Assembly (NCBI GenBank): GCA_036378375.1
Contig: DASUWQ010000242.1
Coordinates: 1-55,746, forward strand
DNA length: 55,746 bases
Direction of reading: 5' to 3'
Source of the DNA: Chthoniobacterales bacterium
Lineage (GTDB): Bacteria > Verrucomicrobiota > Verrucomicrobiia > Chthoniobacterales > JAFAMB01
A program made the translations under genes and the position numbers. A model generated the notes under the pieces. The model had not been told where the DNA came from and ran no database searches. It saw only the letters and a list, made by a program, of their open reading frames with translations. Shown here piece by piece: positions 8,280 to 16,076 of the stretch (its first letter is position 1; each line of letters opens with the position of its first letter).

Positions 8280-10462
8280 TGAGCGTACCCAGTCTCCCAG
8301 CGGAAGAGCGGCTTCCGGATCGAGTGGTCACCCCAACCTTGTTGCAGATGGAGGCGGTGGAGTGCGGAGCAGCCGCCCTAGGCGTCATTTTTCGCTATCA
8401 CAATCTCTGGATTCCGTTGGAACAACTTCGATTGGAATGCGCCGTCGGCCGGGACGGTAGTAAGGCAAGCAATCTACTCAAAGCGGCCCGCCGATACGGG
8501 ATGGAGGGTCAGGGTATACGCTGCGAACTCGATGCTTTGCTGAAGATGAAGCCGCCGGCGATCCTTTACTGGAATTTTAATCATTTCCTAGTGTATGAAG
8601 GGGTCACCGAGGGTAAGGTTCATCTTAATGATCCTGCGACTGGACCGCGCAGAGTCGCGCTCGAAGAACTTGAAGCTTCCTTTACCGGTGTCGTCCTAAG
8701 TATTCAGCCGGGTCCGAATTTTACCCCGGGCGGAGAAAAGCCGAGCCTCTCGGCTGCCTTGCGCCGGCGGGTTTCCGGTTTCGAAGTCGGCTTGAGTTTC
8801 GCCTTGCTAACCGGACTGTTGCTGATCGTCCCTAACATTGTTAACCCATCGTTCACGCGGGTTTTTATCGATGAATATCTGATCGGCGATAAAACCGAGA
8901 TCTTGCGTCCGCTACTTTCGACGATGGGGGTCTCGATTCTTTTCATGCTCTTCCTGTTCGCCGTGCAAAGGCACTTTCTTTTGCGACTCGAGACTAAGTT
9001 GGCCCTAACTACATCGGCTAAATTCTTCACCCATGTTATCCGGCTGCCGATGGAGTTTTTCTCTCAGCGTTTTGCGGGAGAGATCGGCTCGCGAGTGCTG
9101 ATCAATGACAAGGTAGCGAAGGTGCTGTCCGACAAAATGGTGACCACGGCTCTTGACTTGATGGCGCTCTTTTTTTTCGCCCTGGTGATGCTGCAGTACG
9201 ATGCCTGGCTGACCCTGGCGTGCGTCTCTTTCGCCATGCTCAACCTCCTCGGAGTCAAAATAGTTCAACGCCCGCGAGTTGACGCGAGTTTCCGGCTCCT
9301 GCAAGAGCGAGGAAAACTGATGGGTACTTCGATGAACGGCGTGCAGATGATCGAAACTCTTAAAGCGACCGGCGGCGAAAACGAGTTCTTTTCTCGTTGG
9401 GGAGGCTATCAAGCCAAGACCATTCAGGCCGAACAAGAGATGGATTTTTATGGTCAAAGTCTCTCCGCCGTACCGCCGTTTACCAAGGCCCTAATCACGG
9501 CTACCATCCTAGGGCTAGGCGGTTGGCGAGTCATGGACGGACATCTTACGGTCGGTTTGTTGGTCGCTTTCCAGTCGCTGATGGACGGCTTTACCAGGCC
9601 GATTACTTCGGTTGTGACCTTTGGTAACGTGTTGCAGGAGACCGGTTCTGATCTAAACCGTTTGGATGATGTTCTGCGTTACGAAATAGACTCGGCCTAT
9701 CGACAGGAACATTCAGTCGATACCCGGTTTAACGCGACTATCAAACTCAGCGGTCAACTCGATGTGCACAACCTCACCTTCGGTTTCAACCCGCTGGCGC
9801 CGCCGCTGATTGAGAATCTCAGCTTCAGCATTCGGCCAGGGCACCGGGTGGCGTTAGTTGGTGGAAGTGGGAGTGGTAAGTCCACTGTCTCGAAGCTTGT
9901 TGCCGGGCTTTTTAAGCCCTGGAGTGGAGAGATCCTCTTGGACGGTATGCCCCGAGACAAAATCCCGCCACGGCTTCTGCATAATTCGATCGCGATGGTT
10001 GATCAGGATATTTTCATGTTCGAAGGGACGGTTCGCGACAATCTCACCATGTGGGACACCGGGATACCTGATTTACACATCACGCAAGCCTGCAAGGATG
10101 CCGCCATCGCGGATGTAATCGCTGCCCGTCAAGGAGGCCTGTCGAGCCAAGTCTCGGAGGGTGGAGTTAACTTTTCCGGGGGACAACGTCAACGCCTGGA
10201 GATTGCGCGTTCACTGGTCAATTCACCTAGTCTGCTGATCCTCGATGAGGCCACTAGCGCTCTCGATCCGAGCACGGAAGGAATGATTGATCAGAACCTC
10301 AGGCGGCGTGGTTGCTCTTGTTTAATCGTCGCGCACCGCCTGAGTACGATCCGGGACTGCGATGAAATCATTGTTCTGCAATATGGAAAGGTCGTCGAAC
10401 GGGGAACTCATGAGTCGATGAAGAACAGTGGCGGGCCCTACTCGAGACTGATTAGCCACTAG
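8279..10462 (+). CDS. Bacteriocin/lanthipeptide ABC exporter with N-terminal C39 double-glycine peptidase domain (LanT / NHLM peptidase-ATPase type)
   Basis: C39 catalytic Cys context QMEAVECGAAALGVI, His in NFNHFLVY and Asp in NDP. Six-TM ABC membrane domain, Walker A GGSGSGKST, signature FSGGQRQR and Walker B LLILDEATSALD. The ATG at 8279 shares one nt with the HlyD stop; the ORF-track start at 8276 is TTG. Confidence 0.92.
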   Translation: MSVPSLPAEERLPDRVVTPTLLQMEAVECGAAALGVIFRYHNLWIPLEQLRLECAVGRDGSKASNLLKAARRYGMEGQGIRCELDALLKMKPPAILYWNFNHFLVYEGVTEGKVHLNDPATGPRRVALEELEASFTGVVLSIQPGPNFTPGGEKPSLSAALRRRVSGFEVGLSFALLTGLLLIVPNIVNPSFTRVFIDEYLIGDKTEILRPLLSTMGVSILFMLFLFAVQRHFLLRLETKLALTTSAKFFTHVIRLPMEFFSQRFAGEIGSRVLINDKVAKVLSDKMVTTALDLMALFFFALVMLQYDAWLTLACVSFAMLNLLGVKIVQRPRVDASFRLLQERGKLMGTSMNGVQMIETLKATGGENEFFSRWGGYQAKTIQAEQEMDFYGQSLSAVPPFTKALITATILGLGGWRVMDGHLTVGLLVAFQSLMDGFTRPITSVVTFGNVLQETGSDLNRLDDVLRYEIDSAYRQEHSVDTRFNATIKLSGQLDVHNLTFGFNPLAPPLIENLSFSIRPGHRVALVGGSGSGKSTVSKLVAGLFKPWSGEILLDGMPRDKIPPRLLHNSIAMVDQDIFMFEGTVRDNLTMWDTGIPDLHITQACKDAAIADVIAARQGGLSSQVSEGGVNFSGGQRQRLEIARSLVNSPSLLILDEATSALDPSTEGMIDQNLRRRGCSCLIVAHRLSTIRDCDEIIVLQYGKVVERGTHESMKNSGGPYSRLISH

Positions 10463-10506
10463 CCTGCGTTCTTCAAAAATCCTGAGATTTTTGAAGGACG
10501 CAGGCT
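10461..10506 (+). repeat. 21-bp-stem hairpin starting within the C39-ABC stop codon (AGCCTGC...GCAGGCT family)
   Basis: AGCCTGCGTTCTTCAAAAATC CTGA GATTTTTGAAGGACGCAGGCT, with one G-U position. A second hairpin follows at 10509-10547 (AGGCAGTTAGACA N13 TGTCTAACTGCCT). Confidence 0.8.
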
Positions 10507-10660
10507 ATAGGCAGTTAGACACACGCTCTGCGCCTGTCTAACTGCCTGACTAGAATTATGACTGGAAGACTATTAACGAAACGTTCTACGAGTCTAGCAG
10601 CGGAACGATCCGGCGTAGCCGGAGCATTCTGCTGCCATAGCATGGATCGTAGATAGATCC

Positions 10661-13621
10661 ATGCTGCCTATGCCGCCGGTCGTACCCGTCATCAGTAACG
10701 CTCTCGTCCAAGCCGGAGTGCTTCAGGTACTACGTCTCAATGAATCCTTCGTCATAGAAGGGTCGGACGATATTTGGTACGTCGAATCGGGTAGAGTCGA
10801 ACTGTTCACTGTGCAACTGGAGGACGGAGAAGCAGCCGGACCCCGGTCACATTTCCTTTCTGTTGAGAGTGGTTCTCTCATCTTCGGGATGGATTTTGCC
10901 AAACAGGAACAGGGATACTGTTTTCTGCTCACAGGTCAGGAAGGGACCCAGTTGATCAGGCTGGGCCGAGATCGAGTCAGAAGTCTAGCCAAACACCAGG
11001 AATATGCGGCCGCTATCAGCCAACTTGTGGATCAATGGATCGGTGACCTTTCCAACAGCTTGACTCGCGATGTCAGGCCATTACCCAAAGCAGACGAAGT
11101 TCTGATAGGTGGAAAAGAGGTGCTCCTCCCCCGTGGCAAGATCGCTCGCGCTCGTCGTGGAATCGTTTGGATCCAAGTCGTACGAGGTGAAGCCCTTTAC
11201 CTGGGGATGGAAGGTGTTTCTTTATCCGGCGAAGGAGTACCGTTCCTTCCTCTCTCGCCGGACACCTGGGTGGAATCTTACGATGACAATCTCCTCTCTT
11301 GTTTTTCTACTTCATCGGCTATCACTCAATCGTCATTTTGGTTAGGCCTCTCGCTCTTTCACGAAGTGTTGTGCAAATGCGAGTTCATCAACAAGAAGCT
11401 CAGAATTGTTGACGATTTTAACCGTTTGCGGGCGCGGGAAGCGTCCGGTTTGCGATCACGCGATACCGCTTTGCGCGAAATCGCCTCAGTGCTGGCGACT
11501 AGGCGGGATCGGCAGACGGCAGCCCTGCTCGCTGACCCTTCCGGTAATCCGCTGGTTATCGCCTGTCGACTCGTGGGAGAGGCATCCGGTATTCAAGTCA
11601 AGGTCCCGGCTGATCTTTTTCAAGTCAGCGACAAATTAGGAGCGATCGCGAAAGCTTCCCGGTTCCGTTACCGCACCGTAGCTCTCCGAGGCGAGTGGTG
11701 GGAAATCGATCACGGTCCGCTCTTGGCGTTTCGGGAGGGCACAAACGAACCAGTCGCGATCGTTAAAACAGGGCCGACCACCTACGAGCTAGCGGATCCG
11801 CGCACGGTGGAACGCGTTGCGGTTACTGCTTCGACCGCTGCCACACTCGCTCCCTTCGCCGTTTCCTTCTATACGCCGCTACCGGAAAGGCAGCTGGGTG
11901 CTTGGGACCTGATTAAATTCGGTTTGCGGACTTGTCATGCCGATCTGCGTACTATCAGCCTGATGGGTGTGCTAGTCGGGTTGTTAGGGATGGTAACGCC
12001 CTACTTCAGCGGACAGATTATCGACAGCATTATTCCCGCCGCCGATCGCAGTCAGCTGGCTCAATTTGCCATTGGTCTTTTCGCGGCCGCCTTAGGCACA
12101 TTCGCTTTCGAACTAACTCGTTCGATCGCTGTCCTGCGCCTGACCGGTAAAATGGACTACTCGGTGCAGGCGGGCGTCTGGGACCGGTTACTGAACCTGC
12201 CATCTCAATTCTTTCGCAATTATACGTCTGGCGACCTCACGGACCGGGCATTAGGAGTCGAACAGATTCGGCAGGCGATCTCTCAATCCGGAACTCAAGC
12301 CATCGTCGGCGCTATCAGCACGCTCATCACCGGCATCTTCCTGCTTTCATTCAACGCCAAGATGGCCTGGACCGCGTTCGGTCTTATCGGTTTTTCCGTC
12401 ATCTTACCGCTTTGCATCAACTTGATGCAGCTAAAGAACCAGCGGCAGATGTTCCGCATCCGAGGATTGATCACCGGCTTGGTTCTACAGCTGATAAACG
12501 GGGTCGCTAAAATCCGTGTGTCCGGCGCTGAAGATTCGGCGTTCCGCGAATGGACAAAGAAGTTCTCCGTTCAAAAGCGGCTTTCCTTCCGAGTCGAGTT
12601 TCTTGGCAACATCGTTCAGGTATTCAGCCGGGTTTATCCCGTGATCGCTACCGCTTTGCTGTTCTTTCTATACGGCTGGTTCAAGGATCAGGCCGCCCAG
12701 GGACAAGAGAAATTCAACATGACTACCGGCCAGTTCGTGGCGTTTAACGGCGTATTCACCAACGTACTTTCCAGCATGTTGTCCCTGAGTACGGTCGTGT
12801 TGGATTTATTGATGATATTACCTTTGTTTCAACGACTTCGGCCGGTCATCGAAGCTCAACCGGAAATTGATGAAGCCAAAGCCCATCCCGGCGAACTCAG
12901 CGGTGACTTGGAAGTTTACCATCTCTCGTTCCGGTATAACCAGGATGCACCCCTGATTTTGAAAGATATCTCGCTGCGCATCAGGCCCGGTGAGTTTGTG
13001 GCTCTAGTTGGAGGGTCCGGATCGGGCAAGTCCACCCTCTTGCGGCTATTCCTTGGGTTCGAGAAGCCGGAATCAGGCGCAATTTTTTACGACGGCCAGG
13101 AAGTTTCTTCTTTAGATATCCGTGAAGTCCGCCAACAGATCGGCGTCGTCCTCCAATCCAGCCGGCTAATGCCCACCGATATCTACCGCAACATTATCGG
13201 CTCCCACACCAACCTGACGGTGAATGATGCCTGGGAAGCGGCTAGAATGGCGGGTCTAGACCGGGACATCAAGAATATGCCTATGGGCATGCACACCGTG
13301 GTCTCGGAGGGTGGCGGCACTTTTTCCGGGGGGCAGCGCCAAAGGCTAATGGTTGCGAGAGCACTGGTAAACCGGCCTCGCATTGTCTTTTTTGACGAAG
13401 CGACCAGTGCCATGGACAATGAAACCCAAAGGACAGTCACTGAAAGCTTGGATGCGATGCAGGCGACGCGAATTGTCATCGCGCACCGGCTGAGCACGAT
13501 CATCAATGCGGATCGTATATTCGTGCTGCAAAATGGTGAACTTGTCCAGACCGGGAGTTACACTGAGTTGATGAATCAGGCGGGGCCTTTTGCGGATCTC
13601 GCTAAACGACAGTTGGTTTAA
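10661..13621 (+). CDS. Second ABC exporter subunit with cNMP-binding-like N-terminus and degenerate (Cys-less) C39-like domain (NHLM ATP-binding subunit type)
   Basis: 986 aa. The N-terminal roughly 150 aa has a cyclic-nucleotide-binding-fold pattern (WYVESGRVELFTV...GSLIFGM). The middle region is peptidase-like without the catalytic Cys context. It also has an ABC TMD, Walker A GGSGSGKST, signature FSGGQRQR and Walker B IVFFDEATSAMD. Confidence 0.85.
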   Translation: MLPMPPVVPVISNALVQAGVLQVLRLNESFVIEGSDDIWYVESGRVELFTVQLEDGEAAGPRSHFLSVESGSLIFGMDFAKQEQGYCFLLTGQEGTQLIRLGRDRVRSLAKHQEYAAAISQLVDQWIGDLSNSLTRDVRPLPKADEVLIGGKEVLLPRGKIARARRGIVWIQVVRGEALYLGMEGVSLSGEGVPFLPLSPDTWVESYDDNLLSCFSTSSAITQSSFWLGLSLFHEVLCKCEFINKKLRIVDDFNRLRAREASGLRSRDTALREIASVLATRRDRQTAALLADPSGNPLVIACRLVGEASGIQVKVPADLFQVSDKLGAIAKASRFRYRTVALRGEWWEIDHGPLLAFREGTNEPVAIVKTGPTTYELADPRTVERVAVTASTAATLAPFAVSFYTPLPERQLGAWDLIKFGLRTCHADLRTISLMGVLVGLLGMVTPYFSGQIIDSIIPAADRSQLAQFAIGLFAAALGTFAFELTRSIAVLRLTGKMDYSVQAGVWDRLLNLPSQFFRNYTSGDLTDRALGVEQIRQAISQSGTQAIVGAISTLITGIFLLSFNAKMAWTAFGLIGFSVILPLCINLMQLKNQRQMFRIRGLITGLVLQLINGVAKIRVSGAEDSAFREWTKKFSVQKRLSFRVEFLGNIVQVFSRVYPVIATALLFFLYGWFKDQAAQGQEKFNMTTGQFVAFNGVFTNVLSSMLSLSTVVLDLLMILPLFQRLRPVIEAQPEIDEAKAHPGELSGDLEVYHLSFRYNQDAPLILKDISLRIRPGEFVALVGGSGSGKSTLLRLFLGFEKPESGAIFYDGQEVSSLDIREVRQQIGVVLQSSRLMPTDIYRNIIGSHTNLTVNDAWEAARMAGLDRDIKNMPMGMHTVVSEGGGTFSGGQRQRLMVARALVNRPRIVFFDEATSAMDNETQRTVTESLDAMQATRIVIAHRLSTIINADRIFVLQNGELVQTGSYTELMNQAGPFADLAKRQLV

Positions 13622-13657
13622 TCCTGCACAAAAGACCCCTCGTCTCCGTTTTCACCT

Positions 13658-14803
13658 ATGGATAGTGACGCCGCCAACGTGGTTCCGTTCCCATCTACGG
13701 CTGTCAACCGCAAAATCGACTCCATGTTCACAGATGTCGCCGATCTGGTCCGGGAAAAGTCATCGGAGAAATGGGGCCCAAAGCAGTCGGTGGAACTGGT
13801 CGGTACCAGCCATAAGATGCGGGAAACTCTGGAGAAGGTCCAGAAGTTCGCCAAGTTTAATCAAACCATCTTGATCACCGGAGAGAGTGGTGTCGGCAAA
13901 GAATTGTTTGCTAAAGCCTGTTATCTGTTAAGCCCTCGAATTAAGGCGCCATTCGTGGTCGTAAACTGCCCGCAATATAGCGAGGGCAACGTAACGGTGA
14001 GCGAATTGTTCGGCCATGTGAAAGGCAGCTTTACGGGTGCGATAGCGGACCATAAAGGCTTGTTTAATGCGGCAGAGGGAGGTTTAGTTTTTCTGGATGA
14101 AGTAGGAGACCTGGCTCCAACTGCTCAAACTATGCTTCTCCGGGCGCTCGCGGAGAAGGAGGTGAAACCACTGGGATCCACCCAAACACATTCGGTGGAT
14201 GTTCGGGTGGTTGCCGCAACGAACCGGCCGCTGAGAGACATGATCCAGGCCGGTCAATTTCGGCAGGACCTCTATTTTCGTCTTCGTTACTTTCCGCTGG
14301 AAATCCCGCCTATGCGCGAACGAGAAGACGATTGGAAATTATTAGTTAACTATTTTGTCGATCGGTTAAATCAAGAATACAATCTCAAAAAGGTCTTCTC
14401 ACCGACGTCGATTAAATTCCTGGAACGATATCCATGGCCCGGCAACGTCAGAGAGCTTAAAAGCATCGTTACTATCGGTTTCTCGATGGCCGAAGCGAAA
14501 TACATCGAGCCGGATCACTTCCTTAGCGAGCTTCGCCAAACCAATTTACCGAGTCCCGATACTGGCAAAAACGAACTGTTTGAAAGCATGGTCGAAGGTG
14601 GACGCCCGTTTTGGGATGTCGTTCACGAACCTTTTCTCGAACGGGATTTGAACCGATCTCAAGTACGAGACGTCGTTTCTCAGGGCTTGTTAGCAGCCAG
14701 GGGCAGCTATCGTCGGATGAGCGTCCTCTTCAATATAGGACCGGACCACTATCAAAAGTTCATGGATTTTCTCCGACATCATCGCCTGAAACCCGAGGAG
14801 TGA
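13658..14803 (+). CDS. Sigma-54 enhancer-binding protein without a recognisable N-terminal sensor or receiver domain
   Basis: The AAA+ core begins at about residue 47 (LVGTSHKM), with Walker A GESGVGKE, the GAFTGA-loop variant GSFTGA, Walker B LVFLDEVGDL and WPGNVRELK. A short helical C-terminus follows. Only about 45 aa precede the AAA+ domain. Confidence 0.88.
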   Translation: MDSDAANVVPFPSTAVNRKIDSMFTDVADLVREKSSEKWGPKQSVELVGTSHKMRETLEKVQKFAKFNQTILITGESGVGKELFAKACYLLSPRIKAPFVVVNCPQYSEGNVTVSELFGHVKGSFTGAIADHKGLFNAAEGGLVFLDEVGDLAPTAQTMLLRALAEKEVKPLGSTQTHSVDVRVVAATNRPLRDMIQAGQFRQDLYFRLRYFPLEIPPMREREDDWKLLVNYFVDRLNQEYNLKKVFSPTSIKFLERYPWPGNVRELKSIVTIGFSMAEAKYIEPDHFLSELRQTNLPSPDTGKNELFESMVEGGRPFWDVVHEPFLERDLNRSQVRDVVSQGLLAARGSYRRMSVLFNIGPDHYQKFMDFLRHHRLKPEE

Positions 14804-14892
14804 TTGACGGTAAGGCGGAAAACGCGGCGCGCCCAGGGCGTTGTTTCTCTTTAAAACGATTCCGCGCCGAGTTTTTCGCCCTACCCACTGCA

Positions 14893-14940
14893 AAAATGGA
14901 GCTGTCGTTCCATTTTCGAGAACCGGGGTTCCATTTTCGA
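14893..14940. promoter_or_regulatory. Candidate upstream activator sites: palindrome AAAATGGA-N8-TCCATTTT plus a third TCCATTTT half-site 21 bp downstream
   Basis: The direct repeat GTTCCATTTTCGA occurs at 14907 and 14928, an exact 21-bp phasing. The inverted half-site lies at 14893-14900. The sites are about 85-130 bp upstream of the -24 element at 15021. Confidence 0.4.
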
Positions 14941-15020
14941 AGGGCGTGTCGCAGCAACGCCGAAGAACCGTTTTCTGTAACACCTTGATAATTTGTGCAT
15001 TATAAATCAACAACCGGCTA

Positions 15021-15036
15021 TGGCACGGCCGTTGCT
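15021..15036 (+). promoter_or_regulatory. Sigma-54 (RpoN) -24/-12 promoter
   Basis: TGGCACGGCCGTTGCT matches the consensus TGGCACG-N4-TTGCW at every defined position. It lies 57 nt upstream of the NHLP precursor ATG and directly downstream of an EBP gene. Confidence 0.8.
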
Positions 15037-15092
15037 ATCTACCTTGGCAGATAGGCAAGTGGCTGCAGAGCTCTAATTAACGAGAATTTGCA

Positions 15093-15404
15093 ATGGATCC
15101 TAACTCAACAATCTCACGTAAAGAAATACGGGAGGCACTTGTGAGGGCGGCCTCGAAAGATGAGGCGTTCCGGGAGTCTCTCCTAGCGAACCCAAAGTTC
15201 GCGGTAGAGAGAGCGTTGGGTAAAACCTTACCGGATCACCTGCAGGTCGTTCTCTTACAAGAGACTGACAACCTCATGTATATCGTGCTGCCAAAGGATT
15301 ATCCCGAGGAAGCGGCACATCTTACGGACGCCGAACTCGAAATGGTTGCTGGCGGGTTCCTTAATCCTCAAGCCAACGTGCTGAATATTCAGGACCCCAG
15401 CTAA
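15093..15404 (+). CDS. NHLP (nitrile hydratase-like leader peptide) family RiPP precursor; 88-aa leader ending ELEMVAGG, 15-aa core FLNPQANVLNIQDPS
   Basis: The leader pattern ...ASKDEAFRESLLANPKFAVERALGKTLPDHLQVVLLQETDNLMYIVLPKDYPEE...LTDAELEMVAGG is the typical NHLP architecture with a double-glycine cleavage site. Confidence 0.88.
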   Translation: MDPNSTISRKEIREALVRAASKDEAFRESLLANPKFAVERALGKTLPDHLQVVLLQETDNLMYIVLPKDYPEEAAHLTDAELEMVAGGFLNPQANVLNIQDPS

Positions 15405-15463
15405 TCGTTTGAAATTCGGATTTCCCAACAAAGCAAAACCAACAAACTAACAACCTGCCCAAT

Positions 15464-15598
15464 ATGAGCGAAGAAACCAACAAGCCAGAATCGATTAGCG
15501 ACGAGCAACTCGAAGAGGTTGCCGGCGGCATCAACGATACGACCTCCATTCAAAGCGTCAGCTGCTCCAACGTGTTGAGCACGGTCAACATCGCCTAA
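15464..15598 (+). CDS. lanA: Class II lanthipeptide precursor LanA1 (44 aa): MSEETNKPESISDEQLEEVAGG / INDTTSIQSVSCSNVLSTVNIA
   Basis: My own translation; the gene is below the ORF-track size cutoff. It has a double-glycine leader and a Ser/Thr/Cys-rich core, and lies about 480 nt upstream of lanM. It is one of three paralogs that differ mostly at synonymous sites. Confidence 0.88.
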   Translation: MSEETNKPESISDEQLEEVAGGINDTTSIQSVSCSNVLSTVNIA

Positions 15599-15664
15599 GC
15601 CCAGAACTGGCGAACGCTGATATCTCGAACCGAAACCAACCCAACCCATAACAGCCTACGTAAT

Positions 15665-15799
15665 ATGAGCGAAGAAACCAACAAACCAGAATCCGTTAGC
15701 GACGAACAACTCGAAGACGTTGCCGGCGGCATCAACGATACCACCTCCATTCAGAGCGTCAGCTGCTCTAACGTGTTGAGCACGGTCAACATCGCCTAA
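15665..15799 (+). CDS. lanA: Class II lanthipeptide precursor LanA2 (44 aa): MSEETNKPESVSDEQLEDVAGG / INDTTSIQSVSCSNVLSTVNIA
   Basis: There are 8 nt differences from LanA1. Six are synonymous and two are conservative leader changes (I11V, E18D). The core is identical. Confidence 0.88.
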   Translation: MSEETNKPESVSDEQLEDVAGGINDTTSIQSVSCSNVLSTVNIA

Positions 15800-15868
15800 G
15801 CCGCGCCAGAACAAGAACTGGTCGGTTCCCCACTGCACAAACGACAACCCCAAAACCTACGCAATATT

Positions 15869-16003
15869 ATGAGCGAAGAAACCAACAAGCCAGAATCCAT
15901 TAGCGACGAACAACTCGAAGACGTTGCCGGCGGCATCAACGATACGACCTCTATTCAGAGCGTCAGCTGCTCCAACGTGTTGAGCACGATCAACATCGCC
16001 TAA
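15869..16003 (+). CDS. lanA: Class II lanthipeptide precursor LanA3 (44 aa): MSEETNKPESISDEQLEDVAGG / INDTTSIQSVSCSNVLSTINIA
   Basis: There are 6 nt differences from LanA1. Four are synonymous, one is E18D in the leader and one is V to I at core position 19. Confidence 0.88.
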   Translation: MSEETNKPESISDEQLEDVAGGINDTTSIQSVSCSNVLSTINIA

Positions 16004-16046
16004 GCCGCGCCAACATATTTGCTCGGCAGGCCCAAGCCTCTTGTGA

Positions 16047-16072
16047 AGCCGCCATCGGTTCCGATGGCGGCT
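16047..16072 (+). promoter_or_regulatory. Intercistronic GC-rich hairpin between lanA3 and lanM (possible attenuator or processing site)
   Basis: AGCCGCCATCGG TT CCGATGGCGGCT, with 12-nt complementary arms and an effective stem of about 10 bp. It ends 4 nt before the lanM ATG at 16077. The downstream U-tract is weak (ACUUAUGU). Confidence 0.5.
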
Positions 16073-16076
16073 ACTT

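Noticed and set aside
10558-10656. 32-aa ORF (MTGRLLTKRSTSLAAERSGVAGAFCCHSMDRR) between the two ABC genes, ending 4 nt before the ATG at 10661
   Set aside because: I considered it as a small leader or regulatory peptide. There is no ribosome-binding signal or paralog, and the region is dominated by hairpins. It is unsupported without conservation or ribosome-profiling data.
15361-15853. Minus-strand ORFs of 62, 82 and 65 aa in the ORF track (15361-15549, 15401-15649, 15656-15853)
   Set aside because: They are antisense to the three lanA genes. Two of them are near-copies of each other only because the sense genes are duplicated. The substitution pattern between copies is synonymous in the + frame, not in these frames.
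15464-16003. The approximately 200-bp periodic repeat could be mistaken for a CRISPR-like or satellite array
   Set aside because: The repeated unit is a 135-nt coding gene plus a diverged spacer. There are no 25-40 bp direct repeats with unique spacers, and no cas genes in the window.
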